Shown here one piece after another: positions 9,008 to 18,451 of a DNA stretch of 53,148 nucleotides. The notes beneath the pieces were generated by a model that saw only the letters and a list, made by a program, of their open reading frames with translations, ran no database searches and was not told the origin of the DNA. The stretch is from the IMG/VR virus record IMGVR_UViG_3300042402_000726, positions 1-53,148 of that record; one strand, written 5' to 3'. Origin of the DNA: a virus. Lineage: Duplodnaviria; Caudoviricetes. The stretch's first letter is position 1. Each line of letters begins with the position of its first letter. Both the position numbers and the translations under genes were made by a program.

Positions 9008-11223
9008 TACATTGCTCCTCTTAAATAGGCTAATGGTGACTTAGCGTCCGGACTAATTTTTCCTCTTGCTAACGCTTTACCTTTTTGTGCGCGAATTTCA
9101 CGACGCATTTTGTCGAGCATTTGCGCTCCTGCTTTGTTTGATCCATCACCAAGCAACGCGACAGTTTCAGCGTCAATGACGTATTCACCGTCGGACAATT
9201 TTGCGTCAATTGTATCATCTCGACCAGATCCTGCTCCACGAGCAAATCTCGCTAATGGACCGCCCATCGCTTTTAAAACCACGTTGTATTGACCAGAAGC
9301 AATGGTTGGCCATGATTGCGCCATAAACTCTGGCAAGCTCATGTTTCTAGCAGTAGCGTTTTGTTGCATTTTATCCCAATCCCAAGCGACGTTTGGACGA
9401 TTGAAATACTCTTGCTGTTGCTTAGATAATTGCGCTACTGAGTCTTGAACAGGAGCAGGCGCATCTGAGAACATGGATTTACCAAGTGTACCCAGTGCCA
9501 ACGCACCACCGCCAATAAGTGCGGCTTTACCCCAATCAAAACCTTCTTTTTTAGCTTGATCAGTTGCTACTTGATCTGGACTTGTTCCTTGGTTATACAC
9601 GCCATTAGCATTGTTAGTGTAATTTGTAGGACCAGTAGGCGCATTAAGAACATTAATACCGTTTCCTTGATTGCCACTAATTTGAGCATAGCTTTCTGGA
9701 ATAAGTGTGTTAGACCCTAAAACATTTGACGGACTTAAATTATCAAATCCGTATTGTGTGAACGGTGCAGTTACAGCCGTGTTTGTCTGATTTCCTGCAA
9801 ACGTAGGCGTTCCAACCTGTCCTGGTGCTTGTGGAGCTTGATTATCAGTAAAGCTACCATAACCACCACTAGGCGCAGAAGAAGCATAAGTGTTTTGCGC
9901 TAAACCAAGTAAGCCAGAATTAGGTTGATTTGGCACCCAAGATTCTGCTCCGGTTGCAGGATCTGTCACATATTGACCACCACCTAATGAAGGAGAGTTG
10001 TTAGCTAATCCTAAACTTGCCGTATCATGCCATCTAATTTCGTTTGGTCCTTGCAAACTATTAATCGCCATGTCAGATGGTTTCATACCAATATCACTAA
10101 CATTAACTTGTTTACCCATATCAAGACTAAAGTTTTTATTTCCAGCATTAATATCGTTTAATTTTGCTTGATTTGCAGCGGATATTTCAGCAGGGGTTTG
10201 ATACTGCAAACCAGCCGCTAAACCAGCTAAACCACCAGAAATTGCAGCTTGTTTTGGTTTAAATCCAGCAGTCAATGCGTTACCAAAACCTTGACCAGCT
10301 CGATTTAATCCAAGTCCGATTGCAGAATCAGTCCCAATCCCACTTGCTGCATTAGCAATAGCACCACCAGCCGCACCAGTAGCACCACCAACTAATGCGC
10401 CTTTAAGAACATTTCCACCAGATATTCCAGCATTAGCCGCCCCAACACCCGCACCAATCAATCCACCGCCAAGCGCAGCTTGTCCAGCTTTACCAAGTCC
10501 AAGTCCAAGTGCGCTACTTGCTGAACCTCCTAATTGACCACCAAGACCACCACTTAACGCACCACCGACACCACCCATCAATGCGCCTTTCCAGCCACCG
10601 TTAATGGCACCAAGTCCAGCACCAAGCGTTGCCCCGCCTGCCATTGCAGCGGCAGGTCCAGTAAGACCAAAAAGCGTTGAGCCTACAGCCGTACCAATAC
10701 CAGGAATAAACATCAAGGCTGCTGGCAAAATGATTGATGTAAAAATTTTGAAAATACTTTTATATTCGTGCAAACCCGTGTTTGGGTTGATAGTTCCAGC
10801 ACCACCCATACGCTTTAACATTTCAGCTTCACGATGGTTAATATGCGCAAGCATATCGTCACCACCACGACCAGCGGCTTGCAATCGTCTTGCGGCAGTA
10901 ACTAAACCACCACCAGCGTAACCTTTCTTATTAAGATGATCTTGCAGTCCATACAATGCAATTAGAAGCGACACAATAAACACTACGTCATATTGTGGAG
11001 GCACCATATTTTCTTGAATCAATCCGTCTTTAATTGCTGACGCACGCACTTCTTCATATTTGTCTGGGTTTTGCAAAACAAACTCAAGCATTGCAATTGC
11101 ATCATCAAGATCTTCTGGCACAATTGGCATGCGCTCAACTTGCTTTTCCATTTGAGAAACGCCCTGTTGGAAACGCGGATCTTGCTGCGCCATTTGCATA
11201 ATTACATTTCTAATTTCGCTCAT
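9007..11223 (-). CDS. Putative ejection protein with glycine-zipper region and two AxGG-associated modules
   Basis: YAGGGLV...GRGGDDMLAHIN.RE...GTINPNTGLHEY, a long Gly/Ala/Leu hydrophobic region, and AMGG...GSGRDDTIDAKLSDGEYVIDAETVALLGDG. Confidence 0.7.
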   Translation of the reverse strand: MSEIRNVIMQMAQQDPRFQQGVSQMEKQVERMPIVPEDLDDAIAMLEFVLQNPDKYEEVRASAIKDGLIQENMVPPQYDVVFIVSLLIALYGLQDHLNKKGYAGGGLVTAARRLQAAGRGGDDMLAHINHREAEMLKRMGGAGTINPNTGLHEYKSIFKIFTSIILPAALMFIPGIGTAVGSTLFGLTGPAAAMAGGATLGAGLGAINGGWKGALMGGVGGALSGGLGGQLGGSASSALGLGLGKAGQAALGGGLIGAGVGAANAGISGGNVLKGALVGGATGAAGGAIANAASGIGTDSAIGLGLNRAGQGFGNALTAGFKPKQAAISGGLAGLAAGLQYQTPAEISAANQAKLNDINAGNKNFSLDMGKQVNVSDIGMKPSDMAINSLQGPNEIRWHDTASLGLANNSPSLGGGQYVTDPATGAESWVPNQPNSGLLGLAQNTYASSAPSGGYGSFTDNQAPQAPGQVGTPTFAGNQTNTAVTAPFTQYGFDNLSPSNVLGSNTLIPESYAQISGNQGNGINVLNAPTGPTNYTNNANGVYNQGTSPDQVATDQAKKEGFDWGKAALIGGGALALGTLGKSMFSDAPAPVQDSVAQLSKQQQEYFNRPNVAWDWDKMQQNATARNMSLPEFMAQSWPTIASGQYNVVLKAMGGPLARFARGAGSGRDDTIDAKLSDGEYVIDAETVALLGDGSNKAGAQMLDKMRREIRAQKGKALARGKISPDAKSPLAYLRGAM

Positions 11224-11666
11224 TTTGTTTGTCCTCTAAACCATTTATGGCTGTAGTAATCTTCTTTTAAAAATCCGTAAATATGTAAATCATCATCATC
11301 TTCAAATGATTTACGCATGATGCCTTCAAGTTGAAAGCCAAAGTGTTCATTTAGCCGTTTGGCTTGCGTGTTCTTTCCGCGCAGAAGTCCTGTAACGCGA
11401 GCAACATGCAGTTTGTTAAAAATAAATCCAAAGATCTCGTTAAACATCACAATTGTTTCTCTTGGTCTAACTTTTTTGTTATCAATTGCAATGGTTAAAT
11501 CAATGTTGCGTGACGTAAAATTAGTCATAATCACAACGCAAACAAACTCACCTTCATTATTGACTGCTGAGAATGCACGAAAAAATTCGGGTGGATTATC
11601 AAGACCTAACCGTTCACGCGCCCATTCTTCGGCTTCGTCTTCAAGATCAAATCCGATGTATTTCAT
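11220..11666 (-). CDS. GNAT-family acetyltransferase-like protein
   Basis: RVTGLLRGKNTQAKRLNEHFGFQLEG motif. Conventional position between nozzle and ejection genes. Confidence 0.78.
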   Translation of the reverse strand: MKYIGFDLEDEAEEWARERLGLDNPPEFFRAFSAVNNEGEFVCVVIMTNFTSRNIDLTIAIDNKKVRPRETIVMFNEIFGFIFNKLHVARVTGLLRGKNTQAKRLNEHFGFQLEGIMRKSFEDDDDLHIYGFLKEDYYSHKWFRGQTK

Positions 11667-11667
11667 A

Positions 11668-11901
11668 TTATTCTACCGTTTGACAAAAACGCTCTGCCCA
11701 CTCACGCCAGTCATCAAACTGATATGGGATCGGAAAGTTTTCTCTAAGCGTTAAATTGTTGACAAATTGCATGCCCCAGTTTTGCCAGTTGTTTTCGTCT
11801 TCAAGACGACCAAACGCACCGTATGGATCAAAATCCAATGCAATCTGATCTGCCCAATCGCGAAGCGTAAGATGTGTCGGGAGTGTGACTCTGATGCTCA
11901 T
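11668..11901 (-). CDS. Small Trp-rich hypothetical virion-module protein
   Basis: Coupled to both neighbours. LRDWAD, NWQNWG, DDWREWAERF. Confidence 0.75.
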   Translation of the reverse strand: MSIRVTLPTHLTLRDWADQIALDFDPYGAFGRLEDENNWQNWGMQFVNNLTLRENFPIPYQFDDWREWAERFCQTVE

Positions 11902-14060
11902 GAAATCACCGTGTTGTCGCCCATTGACACATGTCCAATAATTTGACCCATTTGATAATCACCGTACACCTCATTTGATTCAAATCTGACGCGAAGCTCA
12001 CGACGTTGCTCTTTAAGCATAACAATCTGCTCCCAAGGTTCTTGCGCAGTTTCTGGGAACGTAAAAGTTGTTCCAAACACTTCTGGCGCACGAGCGTTAG
12101 ATCTTCCTGTGACTTGAACGGTCATTGCGCCACTTTGTACAAAGTCTGGTTCAATGCGTGTAATACGCATGAATTCGTTGTTACCTTGTGCTACCGCAGA
12201 AAGATCCGCAGTTTCAAAATAAGATCTAATTGGATTGATAACTTGACCATCAATTTCATCAACACCTTGTTCTTGAACCCATACGCGATATGCAAAACTT
12301 CCACCAGATAAATTTGTGGTTGTTGTTGTTATTGTTGTTGAAGTCACTGAAATAACAAAACCATTAGCGTAAGGACCTTCTGTATTGGATTCAACAGTAA
12401 TAACAGGATTACCGCTAACAGTGGAAACCGTTGCAATGTAATCTGGTGTAGACGTATAAAGATTTATAGCATTAGCAACATTATTTGCTGTAATAAGCAA
12501 ACTGGTGTCATACGGAACAGCCGCAGAAATAATAGCAACACCGTTAATAGTGATTGTATTTACTGATCCAGAACTGCCGCCAGTTAATGTAATGGTTCCA
12601 GACGCGCCTACTGCATTTAATCCAGCAACTGCACCAGCTAAAATAGGCGCAGCAAATGAGTTGTTAAATGATCCAGCAGCGCGTCCGTTTTCAGGAAGCT
12701 CTGTGTCATACCATGTGTTTTCACGCACGTTGTAGATAACCGCATGTGTGCATTCTGTTGCGTCTTCTCGTGGATAACACCACCAGATTTCGCCATAACG
12801 AGGAACTTTAAATGCAAATACTTTTGAGCGATTCCTAGGTTGTAATCCATCAAAGAAATAATTTAAATTTAATGTGTTTGGCACTTCACGCACCACACCG
12901 TTGAACATCAAGAAACGATCAACACCTGCCCAAAAGAAAACACCATCGTAATCAACAATGCAATTTTCTGAAATAATAGATGTGTCTGTTGCTACCACGT
13001 CAAATTGAAATACTGTTGCGCCACCAGTAAACGTAGCACGAATGACCGCATCGTATGCCCAAAACAAACCAGCAGGAGCAGTTCCACTACCAGCTCTCAG
13101 TGGTAATCCTTTGATAATCTTTTGACCCCACACACGCGCAAGACCTGCACCACTACTAAAATCCGTTAAATTAGTTGGTTCACCAGCAACACTCCAGCCA
13201 ATGATTCCGTCTGTGCCGTAATAAAAAAGATAAGGATGAAGCGACACAATACCGCCTGTGGCGTTTGCGTCGGGTGGTAATCCAATATATTGAAGTTGAC
13301 CGGTGCCAAGCACTTCTCCAAAGAAAATATAACCACCAGTATCATTAGAAATGGAATTTAAATTTTGTGAAACGTGCGCAAGTAAATAATTTTGATTGGT
13401 TGATGAATCATATTGATAATCAAACATCCACATATTGAGTGCGTTTGGCAATTGTGACGCAAGAAACCCACCGTTCATATCACCAGAAACTGCAACAAGT
13501 GTTGTTGTGACGGTTACAATCGGCAAATTATTTACCGTAGGTCCAGCAGTTGTCGCTGTAATATTAATGATACCGCCAGCAGAAGCTGTTGCTGTGTATC
13601 CAGCCGCATGAGCGGTAATATTAGCCGCTACCGATGTTGCAGTTGCTGTTAGACTAGTTACATAAGAAACAGGCGCAGACATAGCGTTAACGCCATTTAT
13701 GGTGATGCTATCAACTGACCCGGATGATCCACTTGTTAATGTGACTCTGCCGGTTGCATATGAATTTGCTGGTGTTCTGTTTGCAACAACAGAGCTATTT
13801 CCTGTTGAATCAATCGTAAAACGTTCTAAATAATTTTGACTTCCGCTGTGACAGTAGATGTAATTCATCTGCGTAAAGTTACTAAAACCACGACTGATTT
13901 CTGTCAGATATTTTTGTGTAGATTTGTACCCACCAATTTTACGAGGTAATCCACGTTGCCAACGAACCCATTGACCGTCGGTATAATTATTCCCATCAAA
14001 CTTGGTGCCGTCGCGTTTAATTCCTGCATCTGACTTTAATACAATCGTTTTTTCTGGCAT
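11898..14060 (-). CDS. Tail nozzle / packaged-DNA stabilisation protein (P22 gp10 / T7 gp12-like)
   Basis: N-terminal GIKRDGT...DGQWVRWQRGLPRKIGG, beta-propeller-like segments (EIWWCYP, AVIYNVRENTW), C-terminal RIEPDF...RVRFES. Confidence 0.75.
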   Translation of the reverse strand: MPEKTIVLKSDAGIKRDGTKFDGNNYTDGQWVRWQRGLPRKIGGYKSTQKYLTEISRGFSNFTQMNYIYCHSGSQNYLERFTIDSTGNSSVVANRTPANSYATGRVTLTSGSSGSVDSITINGVNAMSAPVSYVTSLTATATSVAANITAHAAGYTATASAGGIINITATTAGPTVNNLPIVTVTTTLVAVSGDMNGGFLASQLPNALNMWMFDYQYDSSTNQNYLLAHVSQNLNSISNDTGGYIFFGEVLGTGQLQYIGLPPDANATGGIVSLHPYLFYYGTDGIIGWSVAGEPTNLTDFSSGAGLARVWGQKIIKGLPLRAGSGTAPAGLFWAYDAVIRATFTGGATVFQFDVVATDTSIISENCIVDYDGVFFWAGVDRFLMFNGVVREVPNTLNLNYFFDGLQPRNRSKVFAFKVPRYGEIWWCYPREDATECTHAVIYNVRENTWYDTELPENGRAAGSFNNSFAAPILAGAVAGLNAVGASGTITLTGGSSGSVNTITINGVAIISAAVPYDTSLLITANNVANAINLYTSTPDYIATVSTVSGNPVITVESNTEGPYANGFVISVTSTTITTTTTNLSGGSFAYRVWVQEQGVDEIDGQVINPIRSYFETADLSAVAQGNNEFMRITRIEPDFVQSGAMTVQVTGRSNARAPEVFGTTFTFPETAQEPWEQIVMLKEQRRELRVRFESNEVYGDYQMGQIIGHVSMGDNTVIS

Positions 14061-15259
14061 TAGTATGTCCCACCATTAATAGACCCAAGTGGAGCGATTC
14101 CTAAAACTGACCAAATTGCGGCTGCGTTTGCCGCTGTAAACACGCCAATACCAACCGAAGTGCCACCAAGATTAATTAATGCAGAACCTGCGGTTGTTGC
14201 TCCTGTACCTCCTTGCGACACTGAGATTGGGTATGAAACACCAAAAGTATCAGCACGAAGCACATCAGTACCGTCGCTATAAAGAATAGCACGCTCGCCA
14301 GTTGTTATGGCAACGCCTAAACCAGACGGTGTTTTTACCGTAAATGTGTACGACCCTGTCGTTTGATTATCTATCCAGTATTGCTGAACCGTTGCGGGCA
14401 CAATAATGACGCGATTACCGGTAAGAACACCGGTAAACCGGTATGAAATACGATTTAATTCTGTTCCGGTAAGCGTATAATTCCCTGTTCCAGCAACTGC
14501 AATAACTGTGTAATCAAATGCAAAAGTAGCTGATTGACCAAAGCCAATGGTGTAACAATTTACACCGTCACTGGCGATGATCGCAGATTCTCCTGGTTGA
14601 AAACTAATACCACTTGTTCCATCAAGTAAAGTTAAACCCACAGGATCAGCTAAAATTGCACCAGTTCCAGAATTACGCAAATAAATAAACCAATTATTAC
14701 CCACCACCGCTGGATCTGGCAGTGATAATGTTCCTGCCGCACCTGTCCAATTAAACATTTTTGCACGGTCAGTAGAAGCCGCAGTGTAATTTGAGTTAAA
14801 TTCTGTAATAGGAACCGATTGAGAAAGCAACGATCCAACAGCAATAATGCCTGTTCCGGCTAACGCAGATGCATTAGCCACTGATACGCTTGCACCATAC
14901 TGCAATGACACCCATGTGCCTGCTGTTGTCGTATTATTAGTTAGATAAACTTGCCAAAGCGTTCCAGCAGTAACAACGACAATTTGCGTACCGTTAGCGT
15001 TTTTTACTGTAATTGATTGCGCACCCACGTTATTAAACAGTATGGTTTCACCTGTTCCTGCTTTTGCTGCGTCTGGTAAAAATATACTTAACCCAGCGGT
15101 TGCTGATGAAATGTTGATAATTCGCGTGGCAAGATTATTACTAGCAGAGGTTTCAGTTGGCCAGCTTAACGTAACATCAACCGTAAGCGTTAACGCGCTG
15201 TAGCTTATTTCGCTTGGATAAATGTTTGCGCCACCGAAGACTTCGGTATATGTTGTCAT
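14060..15259 (-). CDS. Tail structural / fibre-like protein
   Basis: Thr/Gly/Ser-rich beta repeats, ISVSQGGTGATTA motif, C-terminal INGGTY. Confidence 0.7.
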   Translation of the reverse strand: MTTYTEVFGGANIYPSEISYSALTLTVDVTLSWPTETSASNNLATRIINISSATAGLSIFLPDAAKAGTGETILFNNVGAQSITVKNANGTQIVVVTAGTLWQVYLTNNTTTAGTWVSLQYGASVSVANASALAGTGIIAVGSLLSQSVPITEFNSNYTAASTDRAKMFNWTGAAGTLSLPDPAVVGNNWFIYLRNSGTGAILADPVGLTLLDGTSGISFQPGESAIIASDGVNCYTIGFGQSATFAFDYTVIAVAGTGNYTLTGTELNRISYRFTGVLTGNRVIIVPATVQQYWIDNQTTGSYTFTVKTPSGLGVAITTGERAILYSDGTDVLRADTFGVSYPISVSQGGTGATTAGSALINLGGTSVGIGVFTAANAAAIWSVLGIAPLGSINGGTY

Positions 15260-15891
15260 TATGCTTCACTCCGGTTCGCTGTGCGATCCATGATACGTTT
15301 AAGATCTTCACCATTCAATGCTTGTGCTGCACGATCATAAATGCCTTGCCAGACTTGCACTCGCTCATCATTTTTAAGGAATGGTGTTGCTTCAAGCAGT
15401 GTGGCATACAAAAGAACGTCTGGCGCATATTCGGTAAGCCAGTTTGTTTGAAAGTCATCACCTAGAAAACGCACTTGTTCATAGAATAAAATTTCTAATG
15501 TTTGCGAAGTTGCGGGCGTAGGTGCAATTATCCAGTGTTGATAATCGTAGTCGGCATAATACGATGGCGTTCCAGTTTCAGCAGGATCTGGCCAGTAATT
15601 TTTGATGTATTCATAAGCACGCGCAAAAATAGGCGTACCGTCAACAGTCATGCTAACAGTGTCACGCCATCTATCTGGCTTCATGTAGACATTAACACCA
15701 GACGCGAGCGGTGTTGTGACTGCGCGAATAAAACCTTCAATTTTAAGTTCACGCGCAATACGACGCTCACCCATTGTGATGAGTCTAGGAAGTTGATCGT
15801 AGACAATTTGATCGCTTTCTTGCGTAAAACCACGCTCTAGGTAACGTCTAACGTCTACGAGCAAAGAGTCGTAGGTCATGCTGTAGCTCAT
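15259..15891 (-). CDS. Head-tail adaptor / tail tubular protein A-like
   Basis: MTYDSL...I..GE.RI.REL, GTPSYYA, IIAPTP, TNWLTEYAPDVLLYATLLEA. Confidence 0.75.
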   Translation of the reverse strand: MSYSMTYDSLLVDVRRYLERGFTQESDQIVYDQLPRLITMGERRIARELKIEGFIRAVTTPLASGVNVYMKPDRWRDTVSMTVDGTPIFARAYEYIKNYWPDPAETGTPSYYADYDYQHWIIAPTPATSQTLEILFYEQVRFLGDDFQTNWLTEYAPDVLLYATLLEATPFLKNDERVQVWQGIYDRAAQALNGEDLKRIMDRTANRSEA

Positions 15892-15950
15892 AAATACTCC
15901 GTATGTTTTGTCGTATTAGCCGCTGATTCAGCATGCACCTGTATTATTGA

Positions 15951-15979
15951 ATTATACTTTTAAATGAATGTAAAAACAA
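15951..15979 (-). promoter_or_regulatory. Sigma70-like promoter for the adaptor/nozzle/ejection operon
   Basis: TTGTTT-17 bp-TATAAT on the minus strand in the intergenic gap. Confidence 0.5.
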
Positions 15980-15984
15980 AAATG

Positions 15985-16338
15985 TTATCCATTCCAGCGA
16001 GCAATCTTACCATCACGAACATCAATATGCGTAAAAGAATTGTAGCGTCCAAGACCTTTGCAATCGTCATCAAAATGCTTCATGAGATATTCTTGCACTT
16101 CTTTGGGCGGTACGTCTTTTACTTTAATGTCGGCTGCGTTACCTAAGACGTGCTGACTATGCTTTGCACCTCCCACTTTCGTGTTGTGTGCTTTGCATCT
16201 TCTACCGCTCATAATAGTAATAGGTTTGCCAAATGATTCTCTAATGCGGTTAAGTAGCTCTACGAGCTTAGGGTTTACTTCTTTTTCACCGCACCCGCAG
16301 TGGCACTCAAATTCTTCCGGTTTAAAATAGGTACTCAT
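15985..16338 (-). CDS. Endolysin, peptidase M15A-like Zn peptidase
   Basis: YFKPEEFECHCGCG, SGRRC..HN..VGGA..SQH..GNAADI, GLGRY..FTHIDVR. Likely start is MSTYF at 16338. Confidence 0.9.
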   Translation of the reverse strand: MSTYFKPEEFECHCGCGEKEVNPKLVELLNRIRESFGKPITIMSGRRCKAHNTKVGGAKHSQHVLGNAADIKVKDVPPKEVQEYLMKHFDDDCKGLGRYNSFTHIDVRDGKIARWNG

Positions 16339-16339
16339 A

Positions 16340-16528
16340 TTATTTACTTTCTGATGCAAACAGTCCAATCATACCAAACACTACACCTGCCGCAGTCAAA
16401 CCATCATGGATAGGACCTTCCTCAATGTTCATACCAGCCATCGTAGCTAATGCCGCAACACTTGCATAGGTAGAAGGCTCTTTTAATCTTGCTTGTAAAT
16501 AGTTCCACGCTTTAAGAATTTTGTTCAT
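16340..16528 (-). CDS. Putative holin
   Basis: 62 aa with an RLKEPSTY motif and two hydrophobic segments, directly upstream of the endolysin. Confidence 0.7.
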   Translation of the reverse strand: MNKILKAWNYLQARLKEPSTYASVAALATMAGMNIEEGPIHDGLTAAGVVFGMIGLFASESK

Positions 16529-16899
16529 TTGTCAATCCTCTTAATGTTTTCCCAATACCCTTCATTTCTAGCACTGGCTGATTCTGGGTCATGTTGCTCA
16601 CCGTAAATATCTTCAATTGGCTCACCGTCCATATTGCGTAGCGCGTAAACACAGTAATAAACCGTACCATCCTCAACTGCTGTGAGTTTGTGTTGATGTT
16701 CTTTGCGAATAACAATAAATGTTGGTGCAGTAAATTCTTTAGGCTCATGACCTTCAATTTCAACAGATACTTTACCAGACACAAGCAATGTCACATGGTC
16801 AAATTTATGCTCATGCCCACCATGCGTTTCACCAGCAAGTTCTAAGACGTTTTGCTTAACCCAGATATTACCAAAATAACCTAGTTCAGCAGTTTTCAT
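16525..16899 (-). CDS. Cupin-fold (RmlC-like) protein
   Basis: GHEHKFDHVTLLVSG...FTAPTFIVIRKEHQH metal-binding cupin motifs. Start at MKTAE (ATGA overlap). Confidence 0.8.
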   Translation of the reverse strand: MKTAELGYFGNIWVKQNVLELAGETHGGHEHKFDHVTLLVSGKVSVEIEGHEPKEFTAPTFIVIRKEHQHKLTAVEDGTVYYCVYALRNMDGEPIEDIYGEQHDPESASARNEGYWENIKRIDK

Positions 16900-17321
16900 G
16901 GTAACTGCACCACTGGTGTAAATTCTTTCCAAGACACGGTTGGCTCATCCCAGTAATACTGTTTATCATCTTGCGGATAAGGCACAGGCGATTGCCATGA
17001 CATAGTATCAATATCACCAACCCATGAAGGATATGGCTTTCTTGCTTGATGCTCTGCCTGTTTATCCGCATCAAATTCAACTTGTGTTAGCACTTTTAAA
17101 ACGCCAGTTAGAAACGTATCCGCGTCATCATCACACGTTCCGTAAAGCAGTGGTGCTGTGCTAAGTGAACCATCAGCATTTGACGCAATAGGAAAATCAG
17201 ATTCATTTTGAAAGATAAATTGAAAGCCTTTCACGTTAGGAATTGCTGGACCAGTTCGCATTGGTGATTCTGTGCAAAGAACACCTGTGTCTGCGTCGAT
17301 ATTTGTTAATTGTATGTACAT
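16896..17321 (-). CDS. Tail fibre assembly / chaperone-like protein
   Basis: C-terminal KPYPSW...WQSPVPYP.D...YYWDE...SW motif, located after the receptor-binding gene. Confidence 0.65.
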   Translation of the reverse strand: MYIQLTNIDADTGVLCTESPMRTGPAIPNVKGFQFIFQNESDFPIASNADGSLSTAPLLYGTCDDDADTFLTGVLKVLTQVEFDADKQAEHQARKPYPSWVGDIDTMSWQSPVPYPQDDKQYYWDEPTVSWKEFTPVVQLP

Positions 17322-17335
17322 AATTTATCCTGTTG

Positions 17336-18055
17336 TTATACCGGAATTCTCCGAACAGCTCTGACGTAGTAACTACTGAACTTAAAGCGGTTGAGCTGAT
17401 AGCCATCGTCGAAGCCCTGTGCCCGTGCCTGGGCAGCACTGGACTCAGTCGAAGACCAATAGATGGAAGAGGCAAACGCATCTGTTTCACCAGTTCTAAA
17501 ACCGATGCCCGCGCTTGTTTGAGCGGGTGAGCCACTCGTGTAGTTTGTGCTAATAGGCTCTGGTGATACTGCATTAGCATTTGAACCCGAACCAGTATCG
17601 TTAGCAGTTGTTGTAGGCTTTAAGAAATAATACAGCACTTCTAACTCATTTTGGGCAGGTAGATACCAATCGCTATAACCCCCTATCGTTAAGCCTTCAG
17701 CAAATACGGCAGCTTCATATGATGCGCCGAGCGCAGCTAATGACGCAGAGTTTGTTGGCCCATTAATGACAGACGTTATTCCCGTTGTCGTTCCATAACC
17801 GCCCCACGTTCTAGATGAGTTTTCGCCCGATGCTTTAGGGGCAACAATTAGATAATATTGCGTACCCGATACGTTAATATTGCCCGCATAAAATCCACCA
17901 CCGTAGGCTTGTCCGATAGTTGGAGGAGGAACAGGCCATACGCCTTGCTGTTTATATTGAGCTTGCTCACTCAAAGTCCACATACCTTTAGCAGAAGAAG
18001 TTGTAACAGTGGGAGGTGTTGCGGAAATAATCCCCCCTGCATATCGCATTGACAT
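17336..18055 (-). CDS. DUF1566 / Lcl C-type-lectin-fold putative receptor-binding protein
   Basis: IGQAYGGGFYAG, YYLIVAPK, GGYSDWYLPAQNEL, YWSSTE...YVRAVRR. Confidence 0.85.
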   Translation of the reverse strand: MSMRYAGGIISATPPTVTTSSAKGMWTLSEQAQYKQQGVWPVPPPTIGQAYGGGFYAGNINVSGTQYYLIVAPKASGENSSRTWGGYGTTTGITSVINGPTNSASLAALGASYEAAVFAEGLTIGGYSDWYLPAQNELEVLYYFLKPTTTANDTGSGSNANAVSPEPISTNYTSGSPAQTSAGIGFRTGETDAFASSIYWSSTESSAAQARAQGFDDGYQLNRFKFSSYYVRAVRRIPV

Positions 18056-18064
18056 AAAATACTC

Positions 18065-18439
18065 CTAAGAAGTAATGGCTTCGTAACTAGCTACCATTTC
18101 AATAGCGTTCGTTGTACCCGATGTCACGACAACAGACTGTGCTTCACCTACATAAAATGCAGTGGTTTTATCAGTGATAATGAGTGATGCGTTAGCAGGT
18201 ACGGTGATTTGATAAGCTAAACGATAAGCCGTACCACCACCAGAAACTGCGCTATTAACAGAAACCGTAATAACTGCCGCTGTACCTGTGACGTTTGCTG
18301 CCACGATGTTATCAATTTTATTCACTGTACCCGCAGAAGGCGTTAATGCTGTCCACGTTGTTGCAGTAGTAGTTGTTGGTATTAAATAAGAAGTATTGCC
18401 GTAAATCGATGTTACGTTAACTATATTTGGGTTTGCCAT
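18065..18439 (-). CDS. Small tail-fibre-associated beta protein
   Basis: MANPNIVNVTSIYG...AANVTG...VPANASL...SYE pattern within the fibre cluster. Confidence 0.7.
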   Translation of the reverse strand: MANPNIVNVTSIYGNTSYLIPTTTTATTWTALTPSAGTVNKIDNIVAANVTGTAAVITVSVNSAVSGGGTAYRLAYQITVPANASLIITDKTTAFYVGEAQSVVVTSGTTNAIEMVASYEAITS

Positions 18440-18451
18440 TTTATATATTCC

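Noticed and set aside
17336-18055. Complete diversity-generating retroelement
   Set aside because: No reverse transcriptase, Avd-like gene or template repeat was found by eye. Only the target-like region is present.
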